From positions 1 through 33,581 of the forward strand of contig JANTFJ010000001.1 of NCBI GenBank assembly GCA_024763495.1: a stretch of DNA of 33,581 nt, read 5' to 3'. Below, in pieces: positions 1-9,905 of the stretch. The stretch's first letter is position 1; each line of letters begins with the position of its first letter. Below the pieces are notes generated by a model that ran no database searches, was not told the DNA's origin, and was given only the letters and a program-made list of their open reading frames with translations. The stretch is from Desulfobulbaceae bacterium (GTDB lineage: Bacteria; Desulfobacterota; Desulfobulbia; Desulfobulbales; SURF-16). The translations under genes were made by a program, and so were the position numbers.

Positions 1-150
1 GAGAATAGCGAACCTACTGCAAAATCGGATAAATTGGCCCATTTTTCCGCTAATTTTCTTTAAATAGCGCTGCTATTCGCAGAAAATGACCGAAAAATGG
101 TCTCAATTCTCCAATTTTTCGCTACGGCTTCTATTCTCGGACAGCCTCCT
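1..150. repeat. Mosaic repeat, family G (possibly truncated by the window edge)
   Basis: Inverted termini gagaatag (1-8) and ctattctc (131-138), followed by ggacagcctcct. An inverted relative at 16581-16712 begins aggaggctgtccgagaat. Internal similarity is weak. Confidence 0.35.
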
Positions 151-214
151 AAGGCACTGGTAAACGCTTAGAGACTTAAATATTGCAAAGATTTACTCCC
201 TGGTGAACGGTTAC
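149..214 (+). repeat. Solo right half of a C/B-family MITE
   Basis: ctaaggcactggtaaacgcttagagacttaaatattgcaaagatttactccctggtgaacggttac matches the right halves of the copies at 12620-12685, 19293-19359 and 27055-27114. Confidence 0.7.
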
Positions 215-546
215 CAATTTCTTATCCGGTGAATCCGGGAGACTATCCAGGCACAAGACAAGGCGAAAAATCAACGACCAGACTAAAGAATAATTTACTT
301 AATCTGTTGAGATAAACATCACATCAATATCTTGAAATTGTTAATTATTGTTCTTGCCTTTGTTATTAAACCGCCTATTCCCGCTCTTTTCCTGATGCCC
401 GGAGTCTTGAACTTCCCGAAAATCCATGGTATGAAGGCTTGTTGTTTGCTATTGAGTAATTCTACTAGGATGTTGTCTGAACAATTGACATTTTTACTCA
501 AATCATGGCATTTATAAAAAAGTGTAATTGTCGACCAATATCCTGA

Positions 547-726
547 CTCGGATAAACTGGAGAAGAATTAGTAAGCGTTCACCAGCACCTCATCTTTGTC
601 TATTTGGGCCGGCTTACATATTAGTCATACGTAAGCCGGGCTGATGGCGGAAAGATTAGATGCCCTGTGAGCAGTTACAATTACAGGAGTTAACGAAGTT
701 AGGACGCTTACCCCATGAGTAGTTAC
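547..726. repeat. Mosaic of MITE pieces upstream of iorA
   Basis: gataaactggagaagaatta module (551-570); C/B left end gtaagcgttcaccagcacctcatcttt (571-610); FH right arm ending gccctgtgagcagttac (611-678); inverted FH left end ending cttaccccatgagtagttac (679-726). Confidence 0.7.
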
Positions 727-797
727 AGACACCAAACCCTTTCTGACTGAAATTATACGGCACAGTCGATTTTTTCACCAGATTACAGGAGATAAAC

Positions 798-2606
798 GTG
801 ACACAGGCTGAAACAGAAAAAAAGTGGTTATCAGGGAATGAGGCTGTTGCCAGGGGAGCCTGGGAGGCCGGGGTAACAGTGGCTGCCGGCTACCCCGGCA
901 CGCCCTCCACTGAAATCCTTGAAAACCTGTCCAAATACGACAAGGTATATTGCGAATGGGCTCCTAACGAAAAAGTTGCCCTGGAGGTAGCGCTAGGAGC
1001 ATCATTTGCCGGTGCCAGGGTGCTTGCCACCATGAAGCATGTCGGGGTAAACGTGGCGGCAGATCCGCTCTTTACCGCTTCCTATACCGGGGGGCGGGGC
1101 GGGCTGGTAATTATCACCGCCGATGACCCTGAAATGCACAGCTCCCAGAATGAGCAGGATAACCGCAATTACGCTTTTGCCGCCAAACTGCCCATGCTCG
1201 AGCCATCCGATCCCGCCGAGGTCATCCCCATGCTGGCCGAGGCCTTTGCCTTGAGTGAAAAATTCGACACCCCGGTATTTTTCCGTACTACTACCAGGGT
1301 GGCCCATGTCAAGGGACTGGTAGACACCGGAACCAGAAAAAACGGCCCGGTTGAACTCAAAATAGAAAAAATGCCTGCCAAATTCGTCATGCTGCCCGGC
1401 AATGCCAGGGTCAGACGGCAGGCCATTGCTGAACGGCAGATAAAACTTGTTGACTTTGCCGAACATTACAGCGCTAACCGGATTGAATGGGGCGACAAAA
1501 AACGGGGTATTATTACCGGCGGCATCTCTTATTTATATGTCAAGGAAGCATTTCCCGAAATTTCCATCCTGAAACTTGGATTAACATGGCCCCTGCCGGA
1601 AAAAATGATCCGTGATTTTGCTGCCGGGGTTGATGAACTGATTATCGTTGAAGAACTTGACCCATTTCTTGAGACCCATATCAAGGCCATGGGGATAAAA
1701 TGCCGGGGCAAGGAGATGATCCCGGCCATGGGTGAACTTAACTCCTTTATTGTTAAAAAATCTCTGGGCGGCGATATCGCTGACGTTTTTCCGCCAGTGG
1801 AACTACCCCCCCGACCACCCAACATGTGCGCCGGCTGCCCCCATCGCGGCCTTTTTTACTCTCTCAGCAAATTCAAGGTCTTTATCTCTGGTGACATCGG
1901 CTGTTATACCCTGGGTTTTCTACCCCCGCTCTCGGCCATGGATTCCTGTGTCTGCATGGGAGCCAGCATTGGCGTGGCTCATGGCCTTACCAAGGCCCTG
2001 GGCGAAGACTCTCAAGGTAAAACCGTGGCGGTAATCGGCGATTCCACCTTTATCCACTCCGGTATCACCGGCCTGGTTAATACGGTTTACAACAAGGGAT
2101 TTTCCACAATAATTATCCTGGATAACCGCATAACCGCCATGACCGGGCATCAGCAGAATCCCGCTTCCGGCGCGACCCTGATGGGTGAACCGGCGCACGT
2201 CATCAACTTTACGGAATTATCTCATGCCGCTGGGGTCAAACACGTCACCACAGTTAACCCGCACCATATCAATGAATGTCGTAAAGTAATCAAAGAAGAA
2301 CTGGAACGGCCCGAGACCTCGGTTATTATCAGCCAGGCTCCCTGTGTACTGCTGCCCTCGGAACGAAAAAGAAAGAAAATTCCACTTACCACAGACCTGG
2401 ATAAATGCACGGGATGTTCGGCCTGCGTCAAGCTGGGTTGCCCTGCCATCAGGTGGTATCCCTTGAGCCATGAAGAGGCAGAGAAGATGGGCAAAAAAGA
2501 AAAACAAAAAGGCTACGCTCAAATTGCCGTTGAGATGTGCGTGGGCTGCGGTCAGTGCCTGGAAGTATGTAAATTTGAGGCCATTTCCCCTCTGGAGGAT
2601 AACTAA
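798..2606 (+). CDS. iorA: Indolepyruvate:ferredoxin oxidoreductase alpha subunit (TPP-binding, two 4Fe-4S clusters)
   Basis: 602-aa ORF with GTG start shortly after GGAG. 2-oxoacid:ferredoxin oxidoreductase-like N-terminus (GYPGTPSTEI) and TPP-binding core (GDSTFIHSG). Two C-terminal CxxCxxCxxxC motifs (CTGCSACVKLGCP, CVGCGQCLEVCKF). Stop overlaps the iorB start (TAATG). Confidence 0.9.
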   Translation: MTQAETEKKWLSGNEAVARGAWEAGVTVAAGYPGTPSTEILENLSKYDKVYCEWAPNEKVALEVALGASFAGARVLATMKHVGVNVAADPLFTASYTGGRGGLVIITADDPEMHSSQNEQDNRNYAFAAKLPMLEPSDPAEVIPMLAEAFALSEKFDTPVFFRTTTRVAHVKGLVDTGTRKNGPVELKIEKMPAKFVMLPGNARVRRQAIAERQIKLVDFAEHYSANRIEWGDKKRGIITGGISYLYVKEAFPEISILKLGLTWPLPEKMIRDFAAGVDELIIVEELDPFLETHIKAMGIKCRGKEMIPAMGELNSFIVKKSLGGDIADVFPPVELPPRPPNMCAGCPHRGLFYSLSKFKVFISGDIGCYTLGFLPPLSAMDSCVCMGASIGVAHGLTKALGEDSQGKTVAVIGDSTFIHSGITGLVNTVYNKGFSTIIILDNRITAMTGHQQNPASGATLMGEPAHVINFTELSHAAGVKHVTTVNPHHINECRKVIKEELERPETSVIISQAPCVLLPSERKRKKIPLTTDLDKCTGCSACVKLGCPAIRWYPLSHEEAEKMGKKEKQKGYAQIAVEMCVGCGQCLEVCKFEAISPLEDN

Positions 2607-3193
2607 TGGAAACAAAAGGCAATATTCTCTTTTGCGGGGTTGGTGGCCAGGGCATACTTCTGGCCAGCGAAATTACTGCTTTCGCCCTGCTGGAATCAGG
2701 TATGGATGCCAAGAAAAGTGAAGTTCATGGTATGGCCCAGCGTGGCGGCTCGGTTGTCGCCCATCTACGCTATGGCAAAAAAGTCTATTCTCCCTTAATA
2801 GAACCGGGGTCAGCTGATTTTGCCATCTCATTTGAAATTATGGAAGCGGCCCGTTACCTGCCCTTTCTTCATAAAGGAAGCAAGGTAATTGTCAACACCC
2901 AACAAATTGCCCCGCCTGCAGTAGCTCTCGGCAAAATGGCTTATCCCGAAAACCTGCTTGATGAACTGAGCAATAAAGGTGTAACGGTATTTGCCATGGA
3001 TGCCTTTGCCTTAGCCCGTGAGGTGGGCGAAATCCGTACTGCCAATATAGCCTTGGTTGGTGCCCTGTCTTCTTTTCTCCCGATTGCGGAAGAAGTCTTT
3101 ATTACTGTCCTGAAAAAAAGAATACCCCGCAAACTCGAAGAAAATCTACAGGCCTTTCAACAGGGACGACAAATAACGGCTGGTGCGGCATAG
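2606..3193 (+). CDS. iorB: Indolepyruvate:ferredoxin oxidoreductase beta subunit
   Basis: 195 aa with GVGGQGILLAS loop typical of the small catalytic subunit of 2-oxoacid:ferredoxin oxidoreductases. Translationally coupled to iorA, with GGAGGA upstream. Confidence 0.85.
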   Translation: METKGNILFCGVGGQGILLASEITAFALLESGMDAKKSEVHGMAQRGGSVVAHLRYGKKVYSPLIEPGSADFAISFEIMEAARYLPFLHKGSKVIVNTQQIAPPAVALGKMAYPENLLDELSNKGVTVFAMDAFALAREVGEIRTANIALVGALSSFLPIAEEVFITVLKKRIPRKLEENLQAFQQGRQITAGAA

Positions 3194-3288
3194 AACAGGC
3201 AGCAAGGCAACGATTCACCAGGAGCTGCAAAACCTAAAAGCTCCAAAAGACAAAAATGAGGTGCCGGTGAACCTTACGGAGGAAAATT

Positions 3289-4590
3289 ATGATCTGGAAT
3301 GAAGAGTACGAAACCTTACCCAGGGAGGCGCTGGAGGCTCTGCAACTGAAAAGGCTCCAGGCCCAGGTTGAACGGGTTTATGCCTCTGTCCCCTATTATC
3401 GCGGTAAAATGGATAAAGCTGGAGTTCAGCCGGGTGACATCAAAGCCCTGACCGACATAAAAAAACTACCCTTTACCACCAAGGAAGATCTCCGCAAAAA
3501 CTACCCGTTCGGTCTCTTTACCGTGCCCCTGGAAAGGGTAGTACGTATTCACGCTTCATCCGGCACCACAGGGCAGCCAACTGTAGTAGGCTACACCAGG
3601 CGCGATATTAAAATATGGGCCGAACTCATGACTCGTTGTCTGTCTGCTGCCGGCGCCAGTCCTCAAGATATTATTCACAATGCCTATGGTTATGGCCTGT
3701 TTACCGGCGGCCTTGGCGCCCATTACGGAGCTGAAAATCTTGGGGCCACCGTTGTGCCGGTTTCAGGCGGAAATACCAAGCGGCAGATCATGATCATGCG
3801 TGACTTTAAATCAACCGTACTTCTCTGTACTCCATCATATGCCCTTAACCTGGCTGAAACCATGACGGAAATGGGGATCGACCCAAGCGAAATGGCGCTC
3901 AGGGTGGGAGTATTCGGGGCTGAACCCTGGAGCGAAAACATGCGGGAGGAAATCCAGAAAAAACTCGGAATCCAGGCCATCGACATTTATGGTCTCAGCG
4001 AAATAATCGGTCCGGGTGTGGCTATTGAATGTACTGAAGAGCAGAAAGGCCTTCATATTATGGAAGATCATTTTCTCCCTGAAATTGTTGATCGCGATAC
4101 CTTTGATCCTCTTCCTCTGGGAGAATCAGGAGAACTGGTGTTCACCACCCTTACCAAGGAGGCATTCCCGGTTATCCGCTACCGCACCAAGGATTTTTCC
4201 CGCATAATTACTGATCATTGCAGCTGCGGCCGCACTTTTTACCGGATGGAAAAAATAACCGGACGTTCTGATGACATGCTGATTATCCGGGGAGTTAATG
4301 TATTCCCCTCCCAGATTGAACATGTTTTAATGAGCATCAAGGATGTTGAGCCCCATTACCAGATTATTGTCAACCGGGAAGGATCACTTGATTCCATGGA
4401 GGTTCAGGTGGAGGTCAGTGAAGATATCTTCTCTGATGCCGTAAAAAACCTGGAAACCCTGGCAAAACAGATTCAAATAGAAATTAAAGATCTGCTTGGC
4501 GTTTCCTGTAAAATTTCACTGGTTGAGCCTAAAACCATTCAACGTAGTGAAGGCAAGGCTAAGCGGGTAATTGATAACCGGAAGATATAA
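3289..4590 (+). CDS. paaK: Phenylacetate-CoA ligase family (adenylate-forming, F390-synthetase-like)
   Basis: 433 aa with SSGTTGQPT adenylation motif, YGLSE, and [17 protein letters not shown] signature. GGAGGA RBS upstream of ATG. Confidence 0.85.
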   Translation: MIWNEEYETLPREALEALQLKRLQAQVERVYASVPYYRGKMDKAGVQPGDIKALTDIKKLPFTTKEDLRKNYPFGLFTVPLERVVRIHASSGTTGQPTVVGYTRRDIKIWAELMTRCLSAAGASPQDIIHNAYGYGLFTGGLGAHYGAENLGATVVPVSGGNTKRQIMIMRDFKSTVLLCTPSYALNLAETMTEMGIDPSEMALRVGVFGAEPWSENMREEIQKKLGIQAIDIYGLSEIIGPGVAIECTEEQKGLHIMEDHFLPEIVDRDTFDPLPLGESGELVFTTLTKEAFPVIRYRTKDFSRIITDHCSCGRTFYRMEKITGRSDDMLIIRGVNVFPSQIEHVLMSIKDVEPHYQIIVNREGSLDSMEVQVEVSEDIFSDAVKNLETLAKQIQIEIKDLLGVSCKISLVEPKTIQRSEGKAKRVIDNRKI

Positions 4591-4597
4591 AGTTACA

Positions 4598-4630
4598 GGT
4601 CATCAGCACTCCAGCACTGCTGACCTTTTT
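4598..4630 (+). terminator. Candidate intrinsic terminator/attenuator between paaK and the ACT gene
   Basis: Stem ggtcatcag (4598-4606) pairs with ctgctgacc (4617-4625): 9 bp with one mismatch and a 10-nt loop, followed by TTTTT (4626-4630). Hand-folded only. Confidence 0.4.
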
Positions 4631-4695
4631 CAAAGCAGTGCCGGAGAGTATTTTTGCCTTTGGTGATCTGTTACGATATAAAAAGGAGCTTAAAA

Positions 4696-5127
4696 ATGAA
4701 AGTAAAACAAATAGCTGTTTTTTTAGAAAACAAGTCCGGTCGCATGGCGGAAATTACCAGTGTTCTGGCCCGTAACGGGATTAACATCAGGGCAATGTCC
4801 CTGGCCGACACTGCAGATTTCGGCATCCTGCGGCTGATTGTCAATGATACCGACAACGCCAAGCAGATTTTAAAAGATAACGGCTTTACAGTCGGCATGA
4901 CTGAAGTGCTGGTTATTGAGGTTGTTGATAAGCCGGGCGGGCTTGCCAGTGTTCTGCAAACAATCAAAGAAAATGATCTTAATATTGAATACATGTATGC
5001 CTTTACCCAGAAAAGCGGTGAAACAGGCCTGATAATCTTCCGTTTTGATGAAATCGACAATGCTATTACAGCCCTGAGCAAATCCGGGGTAAGGATACTG
5101 AGCGGCGAAGAAGTTTACGCCATTTAA
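4696..5127 (+). CDS. ACT-domain (tandem ACT) small regulatory protein
   Basis: 143 aa from ATG 4696, which has AAGGAG about 8 nt upstream; the ORF-track start at 4654 has no RBS. The MKVKQIAVFLENKSGRMAEI... pattern is typical of the two-ACT proteins commonly found next to paaK in anaerobes. Confidence 0.75.
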   Translation: MKVKQIAVFLENKSGRMAEITSVLARNGINIRAMSLADTADFGILRLIVNDTDNAKQILKDNGFTVGMTEVLVIEVVDKPGGLASVLQTIKENDLNIEYMYAFTQKSGETGLIIFRFDEIDNAITALSKSGVRILSGEEVYAI

Positions 5128-5139
5128 ACCGGACAAGGA

Positions 5140-5507
5140 GATAGCGCTCGATAAAGTACACCCAGGCGGCGACACCCCCTTAACGGTAAGGAATTCAGGG
5201 GCACCGACCTCCATGTGCGTGCTTCACGCCCTGCGATAATACATTGGTATATCTCAGGGTTGAAATGCGTGCGATGATACCGGAGAGGCTAAGTTATTTG
5301 TAACTGTTCAGATGTTCCTTAGATTCGAAGTCGAAGTTTATGCCCCTGTCTTGTTATGCTATCTGTTCATTCGGAGTCTCGTTCCTCGCTTACCTGTGCC
5401 TGCGCAGCATACTGGTGTTATTCAAGCAGGCTCAAATGAGCAAAGAGATAAGCACCCTCAAAAACAGGGCAGAACTCCGACTCCGTGAGGTGTCGGTGAA
5501 CGCTTAA
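5140..5507. repeat. Mosaic: family D (sense), E fragment, and inverted C/B carrying an inserted module
   Basis: D from gatagcgctcgataaagtacaccc (5140) to about 5265. gtaactgttcagatg at 5300. Inverted C/B from gttcattcggagtctcgttcctcgcttacc (about 5367) to ggtgaacgcttaa (5507), carrying the ataagcaccctcaaaaacaggg module. Confidence 0.7.
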
Positions 5508-5537
5508 AAATATTAACCATAACTAAAGGAGATAAGA

Positions 5538-6689
5538 ATGAAAAGATTTTTCACATCTACCATGCTGGCCATTGGCGCACTCTGTATGATGCTGAGTTCT
5601 GTTCCGGCTCAGGCGAGCAGTGACACCATCAAGGTCGGTGCTATCCTGGCGGTAACCGGCGGTGCTTCATTTCTCGGGGGCCCTGAATCACGTACTATTC
5701 AGATGCAGGTAGACAAAATTAACGCTGCCGGCGGTATTCACGGTAAAAAAATTGACCTTATTATTAAAGATTCCGGCGCAAACCCGGAAAAAGCCATTTC
5801 CTTTACCAAACAGCTGATCGAAGAAGAACATGTTTTTGCTATTCTCGGACCGTCCACCAGCGGCGAGACCATGAAAATAAAAAACATCTGTGAGCAGGGT
5901 AAGACTATCCTTATTTCCTGTGGCGCCGCAGAGGTTATTGTTAATCCGGTGGCAAAATATGTCTTCAAAACTCCGCAGAAAGACAGCTTCGCAGTTAAAA
6001 AGATATATAATGACATGAATGAAAAGGACATCAGGAAAATTGCGGTTCTGGCCGGGAATACCGGCTTCGGTAAGGCAGGGAAAAAACAACTGTTGACCAT
6101 TGCCCCGGAATTCGGCATCGAGGTTGTTGCCGCTGAAGTGTATGACAAAAAAGCAACTGACCTCAGCGCTGTTGTTGCCAAGTTGATGGCCAACAAGGAC
6201 ATCCAGGCCGTTGTAAACTGGTCAATTGTTCCGGCCCAGGCCATTGTTGCCAAAAATATTCGTCAGGCAGGGTGGGATGTACCTCTATACCAGAGCCATG
6301 GCTTTGGTAACATCAAATATGTTGAAGCTGCCGGAGCTGCTGCCGAGGGTATCATATTCCCGGCCGGTCGGCTGCTGGTTGCCGACGTTCTGCCTGATAG
6401 TAATGTCCAGAAGAAAATACTACTCCAGTATAAGCATGACTATGAGAACAAATTTGATGACACCGCCAGCACCTTCGGCGGCCATGGTTATGATGCAATC
6501 ATGATCCTGGCAAAAGCTGTCGAGGAGGTTGGAGCTGATAAGGAAAAAGTACGGGATGCTATTGAAAACATGAAAAATTTTATCGGAACCGGTGGTGTTT
6601 TCAATTTCTCAGCTACGGATCATAATGGCTTGGATATCGATTCCTTTGCCATGATGACTGTTAAAGACGGCAAATTCGTCCTCTACTAA
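5538..6689 (+). CDS. livK: Periplasmic substrate-binding protein, branched-chain/aromatic amino acid ABC transporter family (type I PBP)
   Basis: 383 aa with signal peptide (MLAIGALCMMLSSVPAQASS) and Leu/Ile/Val-binding-protein-like sequence. AAGGAG RBS. Substrate cannot be inferred from sequence. Confidence 0.85.
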   Translation: MKRFFTSTMLAIGALCMMLSSVPAQASSDTIKVGAILAVTGGASFLGGPESRTIQMQVDKINAAGGIHGKKIDLIIKDSGANPEKAISFTKQLIEEEHVFAILGPSTSGETMKIKNICEQGKTILISCGAAEVIVNPVAKYVFKTPQKDSFAVKKIYNDMNEKDIRKIAVLAGNTGFGKAGKKQLLTIAPEFGIEVVAAEVYDKKATDLSAVVAKLMANKDIQAVVNWSIVPAQAIVAKNIRQAGWDVPLYQSHGFGNIKYVEAAGAAAEGIIFPAGRLLVADVLPDSNVQKKILLQYKHDYENKFDDTASTFGGHGYDAIMILAKAVEEVGADKEKVRDAIENMKNFIGTGGVFNFSATDHNGLDIDSFAMMTVKDGKFVLY

Positions 6690-6728
6690 ACAATCAATAA
6701 CCGTCAGCAAAAATTAATCAACAAACCA

Positions 6729-6755
6729 GGGGACACGAACCTTTTCCGTGTCTCC
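6729..6755 (+). terminator. Hairpin after the binding-protein gene (possible partial terminator or RNA-stability element)
   Basis: ggggacacg (6729-6737) pairs with cgtgtctcc (6747-6755): 9 bp including one G-U. The T-tract is weak (tacttt). Confidence 0.25.
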
Positions 6756-6865
6756 TACTTTAAGAAGCCGGAGAGCAGATGTGATTAATCTCATCTCACT
6801 GACTCTCTTTCGCTGTTTTCAGGAGCGCCATGACCGCAAGCAGGGACAACAGAAATTTATCCTGC

Positions 6866-6903
6866 CTGATCACGGAAAGATTCGGTGCCCTGTGAGCAGT
6901 TAC
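6866..6903 (+). repeat. Solo FH right-end fragment in the livK-livH spacer
   Basis: ctgatcacggaaagattcggtgccctgtgagcagttac closely matches the right arms at 640-678, 17730-17768 and 25795-25832. Confidence 0.7.
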
Positions 6904-6950
6904 ATTCTTACTTTAATTCTGCAATCCACGTCGCATTCTAAAATCAACAA

Positions 6951-7841
6951 ATGACCGCAGAACTGTTCAGCCAATATCTTTTTGCCGGGATAACCTATGG
7001 CATTATCTATGCCATTGTTGCCATCGGTTTTAATATTATTTACAACACCACGGGCATAATTAACTTTGCTCAGGGTGAATTTGTCATGCTGGGCGGCATG
7101 ATTGCCATCAGTCTTAATACCATTATTCCTCTGGTGCCGGCCATTGCTCTAGCCGTGGTTATAACCATGATAATCGGCGCTCTAATCGAAATTATCTTTA
7201 TCCGCTGGCTGGACAACCCCTCTGTTCTGCGGATGATCATTATAACCATTGGCCTGTCAATCCTGATCCGGGAAGTTGCCCTCCATATATGGGGCGAAGG
7301 CGTCCGATCTCTGCCTTATTTTAACGGCAATGAAATCTCCTCTATTAAAATTCTGGAAGCCCAGATTTCCCCCCAGGTTCTCTGGGTTATCGGGATTTGT
7401 GGAATCATGGTCACCCTGCTCAGTATTTTTTTCCGATTTACTTCGCTCGGTCTTGATATGCGGGCCTGTTCAGCCAACAGGCTGGCCGCTACCTTATGTG
7501 GAATAAATGCCAGAAACATGGTAACTTTTTCTTTTATGCTCAGCGCGGGAATTGGAGCCCTTGCCGGTTGCGTCATGTCACCCATCACTTATACCCAGTA
7601 CGACTGCGGCACGGGTCTGGCTATCAAGGGATTTACCGTTGCTGTACTTGGTGGTCTAGGGAACAGCATGGCAGCTGTTGCCGCCGGATTGCTGCTTGGC
7701 ATTATAGAGGCCTTTAGTATTGGAGTTGTACCCCTGGCTTTTCAAGACGCGATTTCCATCAGTATTCTCTTAATCATCCTTTTTGTCCGGCCAAATGGTT
7801 TATTTGGCTGCAATGAGACTGCCAACCTTAAGGAATTCTGA
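6951..7841 (+). CDS. livH: ABC transporter permease, LivH family
   Basis: 296 aa, polytopic and hydrophobic. The N-terminus (LFAGITYGIIYAIVAIGFNIIYNTTG) resembles LivH. Stop overlaps the livM start (ATGA). Confidence 0.85.
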   Translation: MTAELFSQYLFAGITYGIIYAIVAIGFNIIYNTTGIINFAQGEFVMLGGMIAISLNTIIPLVPAIALAVVITMIIGALIEIIFIRWLDNPSVLRMIIITIGLSILIREVALHIWGEGVRSLPYFNGNEISSIKILEAQISPQVLWVIGICGIMVTLLSIFFRFTSLGLDMRACSANRLAATLCGINARNMVTFSFMLSAGIGALAGCVMSPITYTQYDCGTGLAIKGFTVAVLGGLGNSMAAVAAGLLLGIIEAFSIGVVPLAFQDAISISILLIILFVRPNGLFGCNETANLKEF

Positions 7842-8908
7842 TGACACGGCGCAACTATATTCCCATCATGCTGTTTATTACCGCAGTAATTGGAATTCAA
7901 CTGATTACCAAGTTTACTGGAACTAATTATTATCTCACCCAGCTGACCATGACCGCCTATTACTCTCTGGTAATTATCGGTCTCTGCCTGGTCATGGGTT
8001 ATGCCGGACAAATTTCCCTGGGGCACGCCGGTTTTTTTGCCATAGGCGGTTACACCTCGGCAGCCCTTACGACCTGCAACCTGACATCCCTGTTTAAAAA
8101 TGGCAACTCACTGGTCAAATTTCTATCATCCCAGGGAATGTTAATCAAAAGTCAGGATCTTTACGGTGATCCGGTACTTTATGTTAATCCCTGGCTGGCT
8201 GCCATCCTGGCTATAATGCTCACTGTAGCGATCGCCTTCCTGATCGGTATTCCTGTATTAAAGCTGAAAGGGCATTACCTGGCTATGGCTACCTTGGGTT
8301 TTGGCATTATTATATTTCGTATTGTCCTGGCTACTGAAATTTTCGGTGAGGCTGACGGAATATCCGAGGTGCCGGGTTTTACCCTGATCCCGGGAGTGAG
8401 CGTTAACGGTAATTTCGACAACAGAATTATCAACTACTATATTGCCTGCGGTATTGTAGTTATCGGGATTATTCTGCTTCTCAACCTGATAAATTCCAGG
8501 GTAGGACGGGCCCTGCGGGCCATTCATGGCGCGGAAGATGCTGCCAACGCCATGGGAATAAATACTTCTCGATACAAATTATACACATTTGTTATAAGTG
8601 CTGTATTTGCGGCTGTAGCGGGCATATTTCTCACTCATTACAATGGCGGAATCGGCCCGTCTGAGGCAGGCATAATGAAATCAATCCGTTATGTGGCTAT
8701 TGTCGCTATTGGCGGGATGGCAAATATGTGGGGAGCGCTCACTATGGGGGTTATCCTGAATTTCATGTCTCTGCGCGGTATGTTCGGTTCCTATGATGAC
8801 GCTGTCTTTGGCGCTATTTTAATTATCATAATGCTTTTTGCGCCTGAGGGTCTTTTACGCCTGGCTATCTGGCAGAAATTTTTCAAAAAAAACGATAGCG
8901 CTCAATAA
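7841..8908 (+). CDS. livM: ABC transporter permease, LivM family
   Basis: 355 aa, polytopic, LivM-like (GYAGQISLGHAGFFAIGGY). The last four codons plus the stop (DSAQ*) lie inside a family-D repeat. Confidence 0.85.
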   Translation: MTRRNYIPIMLFITAVIGIQLITKFTGTNYYLTQLTMTAYYSLVIIGLCLVMGYAGQISLGHAGFFAIGGYTSAALTTCNLTSLFKNGNSLVKFLSSQGMLIKSQDLYGDPVLYVNPWLAAILAIMLTVAIAFLIGIPVLKLKGHYLAMATLGFGIIIFRIVLATEIFGEADGISEVPGFTLIPGVSVNGNFDNRIINYYIACGIVVIGIILLLNLINSRVGRALRAIHGAEDAANAMGINTSRYKLYTFVISAVFAAVAGIFLTHYNGGIGPSEAGIMKSIRYVAIVAIGGMANMWGALTMGVILNFMSLRGMFGSYDDAVFGAILIIIMLFAPEGLLRLAIWQKFFKKNDSAQ

Positions 8909-9125
8909 AGTACACCTGGACGGCGTCAACCCCATAACTGTAAGGGATTCAAGTACATCGCCATGTGCGTGCTTGACGCCCCGCGATAACACATCAGTAT
9001 ATCACAGGGATAAAAGGCTGGCACCCATACTACGGGCATAAACTTCGCTTACTAATGCTATGTAAGACAGACTTATCGCGTGCAGGTAAGCGCAGACTCC
9101 GGATGAAGTTCAGCTGAATAGTTAC
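8894..9125. repeat. Hybrid: family D 5' part fused to an E-family right half
   Basis: gatagcgctcaataaagtacacctgg... (D) runs to about 9010. Then ggctggcacccatactacgggcataaacttcgc...cagctgaatagttac, which matches 16330-16413. Confidence 0.7.
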
Positions 9126-9140
9126 AAAGGTATCAGACTA

Positions 9141-9905
9141 ATGGCCCTGCTGGAAATAAATAACTTAAATCGTTCATTTGGTGGTCTTAAAGCGGTCAAT
9201 AATGTCAGCTTTTCTGTCCAGCCCGACACTATAAAGGCGGTCATCGGCCCTAATGGAGCCGGAAAAACGACCCTGTTTAATCTTATTTCCGGTAACTTAC
9301 CGGCTGATAATGGTAATATTTTATTTAATTCTACTTCGATCACTGACCTCAAGCCATATCAGATTGCCGGCCTGGGGATCAGCCGAACTTTTCAAAATAT
9401 CAAACTCTTTCCCGGGATGACTGCCCTGGAAAACGTAATGATAGGCCGCCATGTCAAAAGCAAGGCTGGATTCTGGGCCGGGATGCTTAACCTGCCTGCC
9501 AGTCGGCGTGAAGAAAAATCAATCACTGAAAATTCACTGGAATTGCTGGAACTGCTGGAAATTGCTCCATTTGCTCACATTGATGTCTCAAACCTGGCCT
9601 TTGGCCAGCAAAGGGCCGTAGAATTTGCCAGGGCTCTGGCCTCTGAGCCCAAACTATTGCTGCTCGATGAACCAGCAGCCGGGCTCAATATATACGAAAC
9701 AGCTGAAATTGCCCGGCTGATAACCAAAATTCAAAAAAAAGGAATCACCATTCTTCTTGTCGAGCATGACATGTCACTGGTTATGGATATTTCCGATGAA
9801 ATTGTAGTCTTATGTTTTGGCGAAAAAATTGCTGATGATCTACCGGCAGAAATTCAACAAAACCCTGAGGTGATCCAGATTTATCTGGGTGATGATAATG
9901 CTTAA
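9141..9905 (+). CDS. livG: ABC transporter ATP-binding protein, LivG family
   Basis: 254 aa with Walker A GPNGAGKTT, Walker B LLLLDEP and H-loop VEHD. Confidence 0.9.
   Translation: MALLEINNLNRSFGGLKAVNNVSFSVQPDTIKAVIGPNGAGKTTLFNLISGNLPADNGNILFNSTSITDLKPYQIAGLGISRTFQNIKLFPGMTALENVMIGRHVKSKAGFWAGMLNLPASRREEKSITENSLELLELLEIAPFAHIDVSNLAFGQQRAVEFARALASEPKLLLLDEPAAGLNIYETAEIARLITKIQKKGITILLVEHDMSLVMDISDEIVVLCFGEKIADDLPAEIQQNPEVIQIYLGDDNA

Noticed and set aside
151-170. GGCAC-N-CGCTT inside the C/B right half resembles a sigma-54 -24/-12 promoter
   Set aside because: The GG-to-GC spacing is 11 rather than 10 and the -12 element is not TTGC. Copies vary at these positions.
319-517. Two overlapping 60-61 aa ORFs in the unique stretch upstream of iorA
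   Set aside because: They have no SD and a TTG or weak start. They overlap each other on opposite strands and have no recognisable motifs. I cannot support either as a gene; they may be intergenic or a decayed fragment.
1002-2712. Multiple antisense or out-of-frame ORFs (85-154 aa) inside iorA, with similar ones inside paaK, the liv genes, secY, rplB and others
   Set aside because: They lie wholly within well-supported genes on the opposite strand or in another frame, with low-complexity or biased composition and no RBS. These are typical shadow ORFs.
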